From the NCBI GenBank assembly GCA_964637345.1, contig CAZWTD010000003.1:7678-71677 (forward strand): a stretch of 64,000 bases of DNA, in the 5' to 3' direction. Every line of letters starts with the position of its first letter. Position 1 is the first letter of the stretch. The translations under genes were made by a program, and so were the position numbers. Below the pieces are notes generated by a model. It saw nothing but the letters and a program-made list of their open reading frames with translations, did not search any database and was not told where the DNA came from. Below are positions 1 to 8,669 of the stretch, piece after piece. This DNA comes from an uncultured Gammaproteobacteria bacterium. GTDB lineage: Bacteria; Patescibacteriota; Patescibacteriia; HK-STAS-PATE-3.

Positions 1-289
1 CTCGTTCGATGTCGCTTGAGCCATCGACGTTTGCATAGAAGCTTAGTTCCGTGGCGGTCGTGGTCGCGAGAGCGTACGCTCCATTATCGCTGGATTGAGC
101 CTCGCGCAACTCTCGCCCTAAGGCTTCGATCGCTTGTCGGGCTTTTGCTACCGCAGTGCTTCGATCGTTCAATTCAAAAAATGAATTGTAGCTGCGCGCG
201 GTAAACAAAAGCATAGTAACAATAGCAGCGCTGAAAATGCCGATTGTTACCACTACTTCAATAAGGGTAAAACCTTGGCGAGGCTTCAT
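1..289 (-). CDS. type IV pilin-like protein (prepilin-type N-terminal cleavage/methylation domain); C-terminus truncated by window edge
   Basis: Not in ORF track (runs off window). Minus-strand translation from ATG 289-287 gives MKPRQG|FTLIEVVVTIGIFSAAIVTMLLFTARSYNSFFELNDRSTAVAKARQAIEALGRELREAQ...: class III leader ending in Gly, Phe+1, Glu+5, hydrophobic helix. Its ATG overlaps the TGA of the upstream 727-aa pilin gene (ATGA). Confidence 0.65.
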   Translation of the reverse strand, partial: MKPRQGFTLIEVVVTIGIFSAAIVTMLLFTARSYNSFFELNDRSTAVAKARQAIEALGRELREAQSSDNGAYALATTTATELSFYANVDGSSDIER

Positions 290-2469
290 GAAGCGTTTAC
301 GTCAATAACAACACTCGTGTCGCCAGAAACCGGAATCGAGTTGATATATTCTTCATAGCCGGCGCGGTTGACGGTAATTTGGTAGGTCTCGGCGTTCAGC
401 GGGCTAAAGAAGCTTTGTCCCGGGGGGACGCAACCGGAGCTGTGAAGGATAGAGATGTTCGTTACCGTTGGGCTAAATCGCGGGTCGGCTGTTGAGAGTG
501 TGACTCGGTACCGAAGATACTGGTCGCCAGCATGCCCGCTCCAAATTGTGTCGCCGCTGGTAGTATAAAAGGTGCCGGCGGTACCGTCCGGTCCGACGAA
601 GTTCCAAGTCGCTTGATCGGTGTTTGTTGCGATTTGGAATGCGACGCTCGGGTCTCCGGCTTCTGGTGGTTGTGCGAGCGGAAGCCATTGGAGTGCGTCA
701 AAAGCCGTTCCTGGTCCAAGGTTCATCGTTGACGAGGTGAGCTCGCCGGAACTTCGGTATACGTCAATGCCGAGGTCAAGGGTGAATCCGAGAAGTTGAG
801 GAGTGACTGCCGTGTCGCTTGTTGCGAGGTTCGCACGAAGCCGAAGGTCGGTTCCGGGACTTGCGAATGTATGGAGGACGTTATTTGTCACTAATTCAAA
901 GGTCGCGCCGCCGTCAACCGAAAGTTCATAGGTAATTGTTTGGCCGTTGAGTTCTTCGGCAGCATGTAGTGTCGCTGATCGAATAATTCCACTGTTGGTA
1001 AGTCCTAGGGTTTGGAGAATGCCTGTAGGATCGTAGGTTCCAAAACTTTCTTGCAACTGACCAAGCCCTAAGGCGGTATTCCAATCAGCTGTTGTTGCAG
1101 CGTAATCAGTTTGGGCGTCGGTTGAGAAATCCTCAGAGACGTTTTCTGTTGACGTATCTACCGAGAGGCGAAGGAGGTTGGGCTGACTTGTGTCGAGATT
1201 TCCATCTTGGGCAAAGAAGCGCGTCGTATCGCTAAAGTCGTTTTGTCCCGACCCACCGGACCAGTCTGATTGACTAATCGTTCCTTTTCCTGTCGTCTTT
1301 GTTTCATCGTAGCCGGAAAAATTTTCTACTCGGACGGTGGCGTCTGAAAGGGGAACCTGGGTTCCTGAGTCTCGAACAGTGACGAGGAGCGTGTGGTCGG
1401 CCGCTGGAGCAAGGTGAAGGTAAACAGTTTGGTCGCTGCCGGGCAGGATTGAGAAGGGCTGGCTAATTGTCGTTCCGGCAATGTCGTATCCAAGCGCAGC
1501 GTTGAGCGTGAGCGTATACGTATCCCAATGGAGGTCAGTGAGGTCGAGGATACCGAAGGCATTCGTTGAAAGTAATTGATCGTACCGGTATACGCTCGGC
1601 GTGCCGTCAAGAAGCTGCCCACGCAGCGAGAAATCAACATTTGGAATTGGGCTGCAGCTCTGGTCAACTGTGCGAATTCCGAGACTTGCCAAGTGATCTA
1701 CAAAAAAGGTTAGCGCTGTAACGCTACTGGCAACCACGGAGGTATCGGGTCGAACTGGGTTAGGGTTTCCGCCGCTCACGGGGAGCGTGTAATCGTCGTT
1801 GTAGCCATTCTTTTCAACCTCAATGTGATACGTCGAAAGTGCCGGGGGCAGAGAGGAGAGAAGAAGATTGCCGTCGTTATCGGTTGAGCTCGTAATATTA
1901 ATGACCGGAACCGTTGTTGTATTTGTGACGCGAACGGTCGCTTGGCCAACCGGAAGTCCATTTGCATCAAGAGCTTTTATATAGAGTGAGCCCGTACCAT
2001 CAGCCGCTTCGACGCCTTTCGGGACGATGCTCGTGCTAACGGCAACGGGTTTTAGGCAGGGGTAGGTACTCCAGCAAACCCGAACTTCGACAAGTTTATA
2101 GTCGCTCGGCTGTGTGTCAGCCGGCTTATTTGGAATTGTCCCAAGCGCGTTTCCGTCAAAGGGATCGTCAACATATTTGGGATTCGTCGTTATGGTAAAC
2201 CTAAGTCCGTTACGGGTAACGTCTCGCGAAGCCTGAAGCGCGCCGCTAGGCCAGCCGGTTGTTGTTCCGACCTGGGCGTAGGGAAGATTGCGGGCTAATT
2301 CAAGTTGTTCGTTCGCGAGTGAGATTGCGGTTATTCGAGCCCGAGCGACGCCGATCGCTTGGACGCTCGAATAGTAGAGGCCGAGGACAGCACCCATAAC
2401 AATAAGGAGCAGACCAAGGCCAACAACTGTTTCGACGAGCGTAAATCCTTTTGGAGACTTCCGAGTCAT
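286..2469 (-). CDS. giant type IV pilin/pseudopilin-like protein, 727 aa (prepilin N-terminus plus long Ser/Thr/Asn/Asp-rich extracellular region)
   Basis: N-terminus MTRKSPKG|FTLVETVVGLGLLLIVMGAVLGLYY... has prepilin peptidase site G/F, Glu+5 and TM helix. Remainder is ~680 aa predicted beta-rich region with repeated TVRV.N/Ig- or carboxypeptidase-regulatory-like segments. ATG start overlaps pilC stop (ATGA). Confidence 0.7.
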   Translation of the reverse strand: MTRKSPKGFTLVETVVGLGLLLIVMGAVLGLYYSSVQAIGVARARITAISLANEQLELARNLPYAQVGTTTGWPSGALQASRDVTRNGLRFTITTNPKYVDDPFDGNALGTIPNKPADTQPSDYKLVEVRVCWSTYPCLKPVAVSTSIVPKGVEAADGTGSLYIKALDANGLPVGQATVRVTNTTTVPVINITSSTDNDGNLLLSSLPPALSTYHIEVEKNGYNDDYTLPVSGGNPNPVRPDTSVVASSVTALTFFVDHLASLGIRTVDQSCSPIPNVDFSLRGQLLDGTPSVYRYDQLLSTNAFGILDLTDLHWDTYTLTLNAALGYDIAGTTISQPFSILPGSDQTVYLHLAPAADHTLLVTVRDSGTQVPLSDATVRVENFSGYDETKTTGKGTISQSDWSGGSGQNDFSDTTRFFAQDGNLDTSQPNLLRLSVDTSTENVSEDFSTDAQTDYAATTADWNTALGLGQLQESFGTYDPTGILQTLGLTNSGIIRSATLHAAEELNGQTITYELSVDGGATFELVTNNVLHTFASPGTDLRLRANLATSDTAVTPQLLGFTLDLGIDVYRSSGELTSSTMNLGPGTAFDALQWLPLAQPPEAGDPSVAFQIATNTDQATWNFVGPDGTAGTFYTTSGDTIWSGHAGDQYLRYRVTLSTADPRFSPTVTNISILHSSGCVPPGQSFFSPLNAETYQITVNRAGYEEYINSIPVSGDTSVVIDVNAS

Positions 2470-3668
2470 ATTGTCTCCGTTAGGGAGTAAATCGGGAGAA
2501 TGACCGCAACGGCCATAATGGCAACCGCAACACCAAGGATTAACATCAGTATCGGCTCGATAATCGTCGAAAGGTTTCCCATTGTGTCATCAACGTCAGC
2601 CTCATAAAAGTCGGCGATTTCCGAAGCAATTTGGTCGAGGCTACCGCTTTGTTCACCGACAGTCACCATTTGGATTAAGAGCGGCGGGAAGAGCTTCGGT
2701 TCTGATCCAAGGACTTTTGCGATTGTTGATCCGGTTTTTAAGCCCTCAGCTGCACGCTCGACTGCGCTACGGTACACCGTGTTCCCAAGCGTTTTTGCGA
2801 TAATCTGGAAGCTTTCGACAATGTGGATGTCAGTTTCTAAGAGCGAAGATAGTGTTCGAGCGAATCGAGCGAGGTGAATTTTTTTTACGATCGTTCCTGC
2901 AATTGGGAGGCGAAGGATAAGGCGGTCGACAGAATGTCGAATGTCCGGTCGGCGGAGAAGTCGAACCGCGCCAGCGCCGAGCAGGGCTACGCCAATCGCT
3001 ATTAGGTAGCCGTACTTGATGAGGACTGAACTTAGGCCGATGAGAATTTTCGTTGGCAGGGGAAGTTCAACATTGCTCTCTTGGAAGACCGTCATCAGTT
3101 TTGGAATGACGAAAACGGTGACCGCGATTCCAATGCCTACCATTGCCACAACCACGATGACTGGATAGGTGAGTGCATTTTTCACCTTCGCGATAAGTTG
3201 ATGGTCTTTTTTTAACTGAATGGTAAGACGCTTGAGCACTTCATCGAGTTTTCCGCTTGCCTCACCAGCTGCGACCATGCTCACAAAAATTTCACTAAAA
3301 ATAGATTGGTGTTTTTCTAGGGCTGACGAAAAACTCACGCCCGACTTTACGTTGTCAGTTAAATCTTGGATGACGGCCTTAAAGTGCTTATTCGTCATCT
3401 GCTCGGCCAGAGTTTGAAGCGCCAGACTTAAGGAAAAGCCGGTCCGAATCATGACCTCAAGATTTTGTGTGAAAAATAGCTTTTGAACTAAGGTAACGCG
3501 CCGGAAGAGGCGGTCGGTGAGTGATATTTTTTCAACAAAAACAGTGAGGGAAATATTCGAAAAACCGTCCTCGGTCAGTTTTTTCCGGGCGGCGCTTTCC
3601 GACTCTTCGCTGAGCCGGCCTTTGGCAATGCGATCGTTTTTTGTTCCTGTGTATTGGAAAACCGGCAT
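2466..3668 (-). CDS. pilC: type IV pilus assembly platform protein PilC (T2SS F-domain family)
   Basis: 400 aa, two T2SSF-type repeats with 3-4 TM segments, typical PilC/GspF length; sits between pilB and pilin genes. Confidence 0.85.
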   Translation of the reverse strand: MPVFQYTGTKNDRIAKGRLSEESESAARKKLTEDGFSNISLTVFVEKISLTDRLFRRVTLVQKLFFTQNLEVMIRTGFSLSLALQTLAEQMTNKHFKAVIQDLTDNVKSGVSFSSALEKHQSIFSEIFVSMVAAGEASGKLDEVLKRLTIQLKKDHQLIAKVKNALTYPVIVVVAMVGIGIAVTVFVIPKLMTVFQESNVELPLPTKILIGLSSVLIKYGYLIAIGVALLGAGAVRLLRRPDIRHSVDRLILRLPIAGTIVKKIHLARFARTLSSLLETDIHIVESFQIIAKTLGNTVYRSAVERAAEGLKTGSTIAKVLGSEPKLFPPLLIQMVTVGEQSGSLDQIASEIADFYEADVDDTMGNLSTIIEPILMLILGVAVAIMAVAVILPIYSLTETI

Positions 3669-5396
3669 TTACTCTTTGGTGACGCGAAGAACTTCTTCGA
3701 TTGTGGTTAATCCCATTTTGGCTTTAATAAAGCCATCTTGAATCATCACGAGCATTCCTTCTTCGATCGCAGCCTTTTCGATGTCGCTCGCGGCCGCTTG
3801 CTCGAGAATGAGTTTTCCGATTCGTTCGCTAACCTCGAGAATTTCATATATGCCGATTCGTCCTTTATATCCCTCCATGTTACACTGCTTGCAGCCCCGA
3901 CCACGGTAGAAGAGAAGATCGTCGATCGCTTGCTTCGATGAGAGAATAACGCCTTCGCGTTCAAGGGCCTCGAGGATGAATTGTACGTTTATTTGTCGTT
4001 CAAGTTCTTGTATCGCTTTTTTTGAAAGTGTGTAGCTTTCAATACAGCTCGAGCAGATTTTTCGGACAAGCCGTTGGGCGACAATCATGTTCGTCGTCGA
4101 GGCGATCAGGAAGGTTGGAACATGCATTTCCGAAAGGCGGGGCAGGGCCGTGACGGCATTGTTTGTGTGCAGTGTCGACAAAACGAGGTGGCCGGTCAGG
4201 GCGGCCTGAGTCGCCATATTGGCAGTTTCATCGTCGCGAATTTCGCCGACCATGATGATGTTTGGGTCTTGCCGCAAGAGGGCGCGCAGTCCGTTAGCGA
4301 AGGTAAAGCCAATTCTTGGGTTTACTTGGGTTTGATTAATCCGTGGCATCCGGTATTCGATCGGATCTTCAACCGTAGAAATGTTGACTTTTGGAACATT
4401 GAGGATGTTGAGGATGGTGTAGAGCGTCGTCGTTTTTCCTGAACCGGTTGGTCCGGTTACGAGGAGTAAGCCGTGTGGTTTTGCGACGTTACGCTTGAGA
4501 ATTTCGAGAGGAGCGGGTTGCAGCCCGAGTTGGTTGAGCGAAAGAACTTGAGCGCTTTCATGGAGTAGGCGGAGGACCATCTTTTCTCCATCATAGACGG
4601 GAAGAATAGAAACGCGGAAGGAAACCTTATGGTCTTCCGTGTTGATTTTAAAGCGGCCGTCTTGCGGGAGGCGATGTTCGTCAATTTTCAGATCAGACAG
4701 AATCTTCACCCGGGCGACAACGCCGGTATGAATTGTTTTTGGAAGCGACATAACGTCGCGGAGTATGCCGTCGATTCGGTAGCGAACAATTGTGTCGCGC
4801 TCGGTTGGTTCAATGTGGATATCAGACGCACCTTCAAAAATTGCATATTCAAGGAGGGTATCAACAATCCGGACAACAGGAAGATCTTCGGCGAGCTCCT
4901 TCAGGTCCTTCGTCGCGCTGACCGACTGCTCGTCGATGTTCGTAATGTTTTTAAACTCCGCTTTCAGCCCCCGATGGAACTGCTTCAGCACCTCGCGGAT
5001 ACTCGTCGGAGTTGTAACAGCCAGTTCGAGCGTAAGGTTCGTCCGTCGCCGGATGAATTCTATTGTTTGCAGGTCATCGGGATCGAGCAGGGCAAGCTTT
5101 AGGCGATCCTCTACCTTGTCGTACGCAACAACATTGTGAACCTGGATCAGCGGTTCTGGGATGAGGGCAAGGATATCTCTGCGAATAACCTGATTCTTCA
5201 GGTCAACAAAAGGCAGATTAACCGTTTTGGCTAATCCTTCATATAAAATCGATTCCGAGACGAGATTGGATTGAACGAGATACTCGTCGAGCGGGACATT
5301 CTTCGCTCGAGCTTCAAGCGTCGCTTTCTCAATTTGTTCTTCGGTGAGAAGGCGGCCTTGGGTAAGAACCTCGTTTAATTGTTTTTCGTGAATCAT
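3669..5396 (-). CDS. pilB: type IV pilus assembly ATPase PilB (GspE family)
   Basis: 575 aa; N-terminal T2SSE_N-like domain, Walker A LVTGPTGSGKTTTLY, Asp/His boxes, tetracysteine motif CSSC...CKQC, GEIRD motif. Confidence 0.9.
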   Translation of the reverse strand: MIHEKQLNEVLTQGRLLTEEQIEKATLEARAKNVPLDEYLVQSNLVSESILYEGLAKTVNLPFVDLKNQVIRRDILALIPEPLIQVHNVVAYDKVEDRLKLALLDPDDLQTIEFIRRRTNLTLELAVTTPTSIREVLKQFHRGLKAEFKNITNIDEQSVSATKDLKELAEDLPVVRIVDTLLEYAIFEGASDIHIEPTERDTIVRYRIDGILRDVMSLPKTIHTGVVARVKILSDLKIDEHRLPQDGRFKINTEDHKVSFRVSILPVYDGEKMVLRLLHESAQVLSLNQLGLQPAPLEILKRNVAKPHGLLLVTGPTGSGKTTTLYTILNILNVPKVNISTVEDPIEYRMPRINQTQVNPRIGFTFANGLRALLRQDPNIIMVGEIRDDETANMATQAALTGHLVLSTLHTNNAVTALPRLSEMHVPTFLIASTTNMIVAQRLVRKICSSCIESYTLSKKAIQELERQINVQFILEALEREGVILSSKQAIDDLLFYRGRGCKQCNMEGYKGRIGIYEILEVSERIGKLILEQAAASDIEKAAIEEGMLVMIQDGFIKAKMGLTTIEEVLRVTKE

Positions 5397-5419
5397 TTTC
5401 CCCCTAGTTTTGCTCCAAT

Positions 5420-5448
5420 ACTATACCACGCCAGCCCGCATTCGTAAA
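5420..5448 (-). promoter_or_regulatory. putative sigma-70 promoter for pilB-pilC-pilin genes (TTTACG-N17-TGGTATAGT, extended -10)
   Basis: Minus-strand sequence ...TTTACGaatgcgggctggcgTGgTATAGTattggagcaaaactagggggaaaATG; -10 lies ~24 nt upstream of pilB ATG with AGGGGG Shine-Dalgarno in between. Confidence 0.4.
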
Positions 5449-5464
5449 GTTGGCAAAAATGGAT

Positions 5465-7246
5465 TTAAAAATCGAAGATGTAGATCGAGTCGCGAATTTT
5501 GGTTGTTGGTTGAAACTGCCGTAGCCAGCCGTAGTCAGAATAGGAATTTGGATCGAAAAGAACCCCGCCACTGATAGCAACCGTTCCTTTTGGTAAGCCA
5601 GCCGTAAGGATTTCTTGCGTCGTTGGAAGATGTTCGTAGTGAATTCCAAAACCGGCAAGGTCGATCGAGGTGAAAAATACTCCGTAGACGCGATCCGGTT
5701 TTCGTTCGTCGAGGTAACGTTTGAGCTCCCGAAAACCTTGGCCCCAGTCGAAGTTCGAGTCAAGTAGGTAGCGTGGACCCTGGCGCGATCCGCCGACGAA
5801 TTCGGAGAAAAAGGCGAGTTCATTCGGATAGACTAGGGCAGCACGGACCCAAGATCCAAGCAAAAGAACGCTAAGTATGGCCAATCCTAGACGTTTTGTG
5901 AAAAAGGGGTGACGAAAGAGGTGGCCGAGTCCTAGGTAGATGAAGGGGAAGATTGGGAGGAGATGCCGGACCCCAAGGTTAATATGACTCGTCATGCTCC
6001 AGGCGAGATACACAAGCGGAGGCGTTACGAGGGCGATACTTTGGAATGAGGAGCGTTGCCACCACTGCGTGAGACGCGATCTCCAGTAAAAGCGCTCCGT
6101 CGTTGTTCGCCTTTGATGAAGAGCAAGGACAATGAGCGTTGCGAAGCCAAGGATAACAATGATCGCCGGGGTTTTTAGGAAAAATGCTACCGGGAAGTAG
6201 TACCACCAGCCCATGTTCGAGGTTTGTCCGAGGAGATAGGTTCCGTGCCCGTAGTAATTATGGAGGGCCAGGTCAATGAGTCCTTGAAAATAGGGGAGAG
6301 CTGGAATCGGAACATCCTTCGCTAGTTGATAAATCGTCTGGCCGGGCTCCTGGTCTGGACTGAGCGTCTTACTCCAGAACGGAATAGCTAGAACGGGGTT
6401 ACCGGAAGCCTGGGGGTTTTCGCTGGAGGCGGCAGAATAAAACTCTTGCACCGCTTGTATATGCATTGCTGGTTGTATTTGGAATCCGTAGAGCATCCAC
6501 CCGAAAAAACCAGTAATAAGAACGAGAAGGCCTAGTCCAGCTAGCCAGCGCCGTAGCGTGAGTACGGGCTTTGTCCGTTGGGTAATCGGATGCATAAGTG
6601 CAAGGAGTCCGAGGGCTGGAAGAACAAACCAGAGAATAATCGCCGAAAATTTCGTTAATTGGGCTGCTGCAAAACAAAGAGAAAATATCAGAAAACGTTT
6701 CTTTGTCGGCTTTTCGATAACCCGGAGAAAGCTTAGGCATGATAAAAAGAAAAAGAGTCCGAGTCCGACGTCGGTTGTTATAAGGCGTCCATGGGCCAGA
6801 AGTGTTGGGTCAACGAGGAAAAACGCAAAAACAAAAAAACCAACGCGCGGGCCAAAAATACGCGTTGCGCTTCGTTCAACGGTGAGGGCTAAGGCTAGGA
6901 AAAGAAGGATAATGGGAATACGCCCAAGAAGGAGTAGCTTTTCTGGGGGAATTGTGGTATGGTATAGAACACGTCGGGCGAAGTTCCACTGGTCTTGTTG
7001 GGTCCAGCTTTGATCGTGAAAGGGGAGTTGAATATTCGTGGCAAGGAGCGGCGCCGCAGCGAGCAGCTTGACGAGTGGCGGGTGTTCTGGGTTGAGCGTT
7101 ACTTCCCCAGTCTTCCAATACGAAATTCCGCTCACGAGGTGAGTTCCCTCATCGATTGTTTGGGAGTCTGACCAAGCCCCGAAGCATTCAGCAATAAATA
7201 CCCCGAGGAGAAGAGCGACAATAATGAAGGGTCGAATGCGGTTCAT
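5465..7246 (-). CDS. GT-C fold membrane glycosyltransferase (PMT_2 / ArnT-like, GT39/GT83-type)
   Basis: 593 aa, ~11-13 TM helices in N-terminal two-thirds; conserved DE motif in first extracytoplasmic loop (SQTIDEGTHLVSG) typical of PMT/ArnT-type lipid-carrier-dependent GTs; C-terminal soluble domain. Confidence 0.6.
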   Translation of the reverse strand: MNRIRPFIIVALLLGVFIAECFGAWSDSQTIDEGTHLVSGISYWKTGEVTLNPEHPPLVKLLAAAPLLATNIQLPFHDQSWTQQDQWNFARRVLYHTTIPPEKLLLLGRIPIILLFLALALTVERSATRIFGPRVGFFVFAFFLVDPTLLAHGRLITTDVGLGLFFFLSCLSFLRVIEKPTKKRFLIFSLCFAAAQLTKFSAIILWFVLPALGLLALMHPITQRTKPVLTLRRWLAGLGLLVLITGFFGWMLYGFQIQPAMHIQAVQEFYSAASSENPQASGNPVLAIPFWSKTLSPDQEPGQTIYQLAKDVPIPALPYFQGLIDLALHNYYGHGTYLLGQTSNMGWWYYFPVAFFLKTPAIIVILGFATLIVLALHQRRTTTERFYWRSRLTQWWQRSSFQSIALVTPPLVYLAWSMTSHINLGVRHLLPIFPFIYLGLGHLFRHPFFTKRLGLAILSVLLLGSWVRAALVYPNELAFFSEFVGGSRQGPRYLLDSNFDWGQGFRELKRYLDERKPDRVYGVFFTSIDLAGFGIHYEHLPTTQEILTAGLPKGTVAISGGVLFDPNSYSDYGWLRQFQPTTKIRDSIYIFDF

Positions 7247-7619
7247 GCGTACGTCAGTTCATGCCTTTCGGGATCATTTTCCCCTATCGTTTTGGCGGAG
7301 CCCTTTTACGTATGGATTTGTTGGCGGCAGTCTATTGTTGAACATTGGGAGCTGGCTTCTTCTCCTCCAGTCGACAGATCCCAACGAACCCCTTGTTCCG
7401 CTCCATTATACCATCTCGATCGGCGTTGACCGAATTGGACAATGGACCGAGTTGTTTTTCATGCCGGGCTTGGCTGCGGCCATCCTCGTCGTGAATACCA
7501 TTTTTGCTTGGATGGCGTGGCGGCAGCCATTATTGGCGAAGACGCTGCACATTGGCACCTTCCTCGTCCAAGTGATCGTCGCCATGAGCACGGTATTTTT
7601 GGTTATGCAATTCTATTAA
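7224..7619 (+). CDS. hypothetical small membrane protein (3 predicted TM helices) immediately upstream of mraY
   Basis: 131-aa ORF ending 4 nt before mraY; hydrophobic segments FVGGSLLLNIGSWLLLL, GLAAAILVVNTIFAWMAW, IGTFLVQVIVAMSTVFLVM. 5' end overlaps the start of the divergent GT-C gene; true start may be ATG 7236 (GAAGGG SD) or 7245. Confidence 0.35.
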   Translation: MKGRMRFMRTSVHAFRDHFPLSFWRSPFTYGFVGGSLLLNIGSWLLLLQSTDPNEPLVPLHYTISIGVDRIGQWTELFFMPGLAAAILVVNTIFAWMAWRQPLLAKTLHIGTFLVQVIVAMSTVFLVMQFY

Positions 7620-7622
7620 GAT

Positions 7623-8669
7623 ATGTTTCAAGACGCCTTTTCCATAGTACGGATTTTTTCTCTCTCAGCTCTGGCTTTTGTCCTGACGATGCTTTGGACC
7701 CCAGTGCTAACGAACTTTCTGTATCGTCATAAACTTGGGAAGCAAATTCGCGACGAAGCGTCTGCTCCGGTTTTTGCAAAGCTTCATAAGGAAAAATCCG
7801 GCACCCCCACGATGGGCGGTGTTCTCATTTGGGGAACGACAACCGTTCTTATTTTTCTCTGTTGGGCTTTAGCGGAATTCACCTCGCTTTCGTTTTTCGA
7901 CCGTTTGAACTTCTTGTCTCGCTCCGAGACACTGTTGCCGATTGGGGCCTTGCTCGCAACAGCCCTTGTTGGCCTTCTTGATGATTTTTACAACGTCCGT
8001 CGCATTGGTCCAAATGGCGGGGGACTTCGAACTCGTCATCGACTCCTGATATATTTCGTAATCGCTGCGGTTGCTGCTTGGTGGTTCGTCGCCAAACTTG
8101 ATTGGACGACGCTTCATGTTCCCTTCGTTGGGAATTTTGATATTGGTTGGTGGTTTGCGCCAATCATTGTTTTCGTGATCGTTGCGACGAGCCATTCCGT
8201 CAACATTGCAGACGGACTTGATGGATTAGCCGGCGGTCTCGCGCTCGCAGCATTTTTCGCCTTCGGTTTTATTGCGTTTGTCGAAGGACATACCGATTTA
8301 GCCACGCTTTGTCTTGTGATTGCCGGCGCGTTATTGGCTTTTCTTTGGTTTAACATCCACCCAGCTCGTTTCTTTATGGGCGATACAGGGTCGATGCCGC
8401 TCGGGACAATGCTCGCTATTTTAGCGATTCTCACAAACACCATCTTTTTGCTTCCGGTTATTGGTGTTCTGTTTGTTGCTGAAGCGCTTTCCGTTATTCT
8501 TCAGGTAGCCTCAAAGCGCCTTCGAAAAAAGAAGCTTTTTCTTTCAGCGCCTTTCCATCATCACCTTGAAGCAATTGGCTGGCCTGAGACGAAAATTGTT
8601 ATGCGGTTTTGGGTTATTGCAGCCGTATCCGCGGTTCTCGGCGTAACCTTGTTTTTGGCGGAACGTTGA
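7623..8669 (+). CDS. mraY: phospho-N-acetylmuramoyl-pentapeptide transferase
   Basis: 348 aa, 10-TM polyprenyl-phosphate sugar-phosphate transferase with MraY-type motifs (GTPTMGG, NxxNxxDGxDGL, HHH); dcw synteny mraY-murD-ftsW-murG. Confidence 0.9.
   Translation: MFQDAFSIVRIFSLSALAFVLTMLWTPVLTNFLYRHKLGKQIRDEASAPVFAKLHKEKSGTPTMGGVLIWGTTTVLIFLCWALAEFTSLSFFDRLNFLSRSETLLPIGALLATALVGLLDDFYNVRRIGPNGGGLRTRHRLLIYFVIAAVAAWWFVAKLDWTTLHVPFVGNFDIGWWFAPIIVFVIVATSHSVNIADGLDGLAGGLALAAFFAFGFIAFVEGHTDLATLCLVIAGALLAFLWFNIHPARFFMGDTGSMPLGTMLAILAILTNTIFLLPVIGVLFVAEALSVILQVASKRLRKKKLFLSAPFHHHLEAIGWPETKIVMRFWVIAAVSAVLGVTLFLAER

Noticed and set aside
16-204. 62-aa plus-strand ORF at the window start
   Set aside because: It lies antisense to a well-supported pilin gene (1-289, minus) whose class III leader and hydrophobic helix are unambiguous; no motif support.
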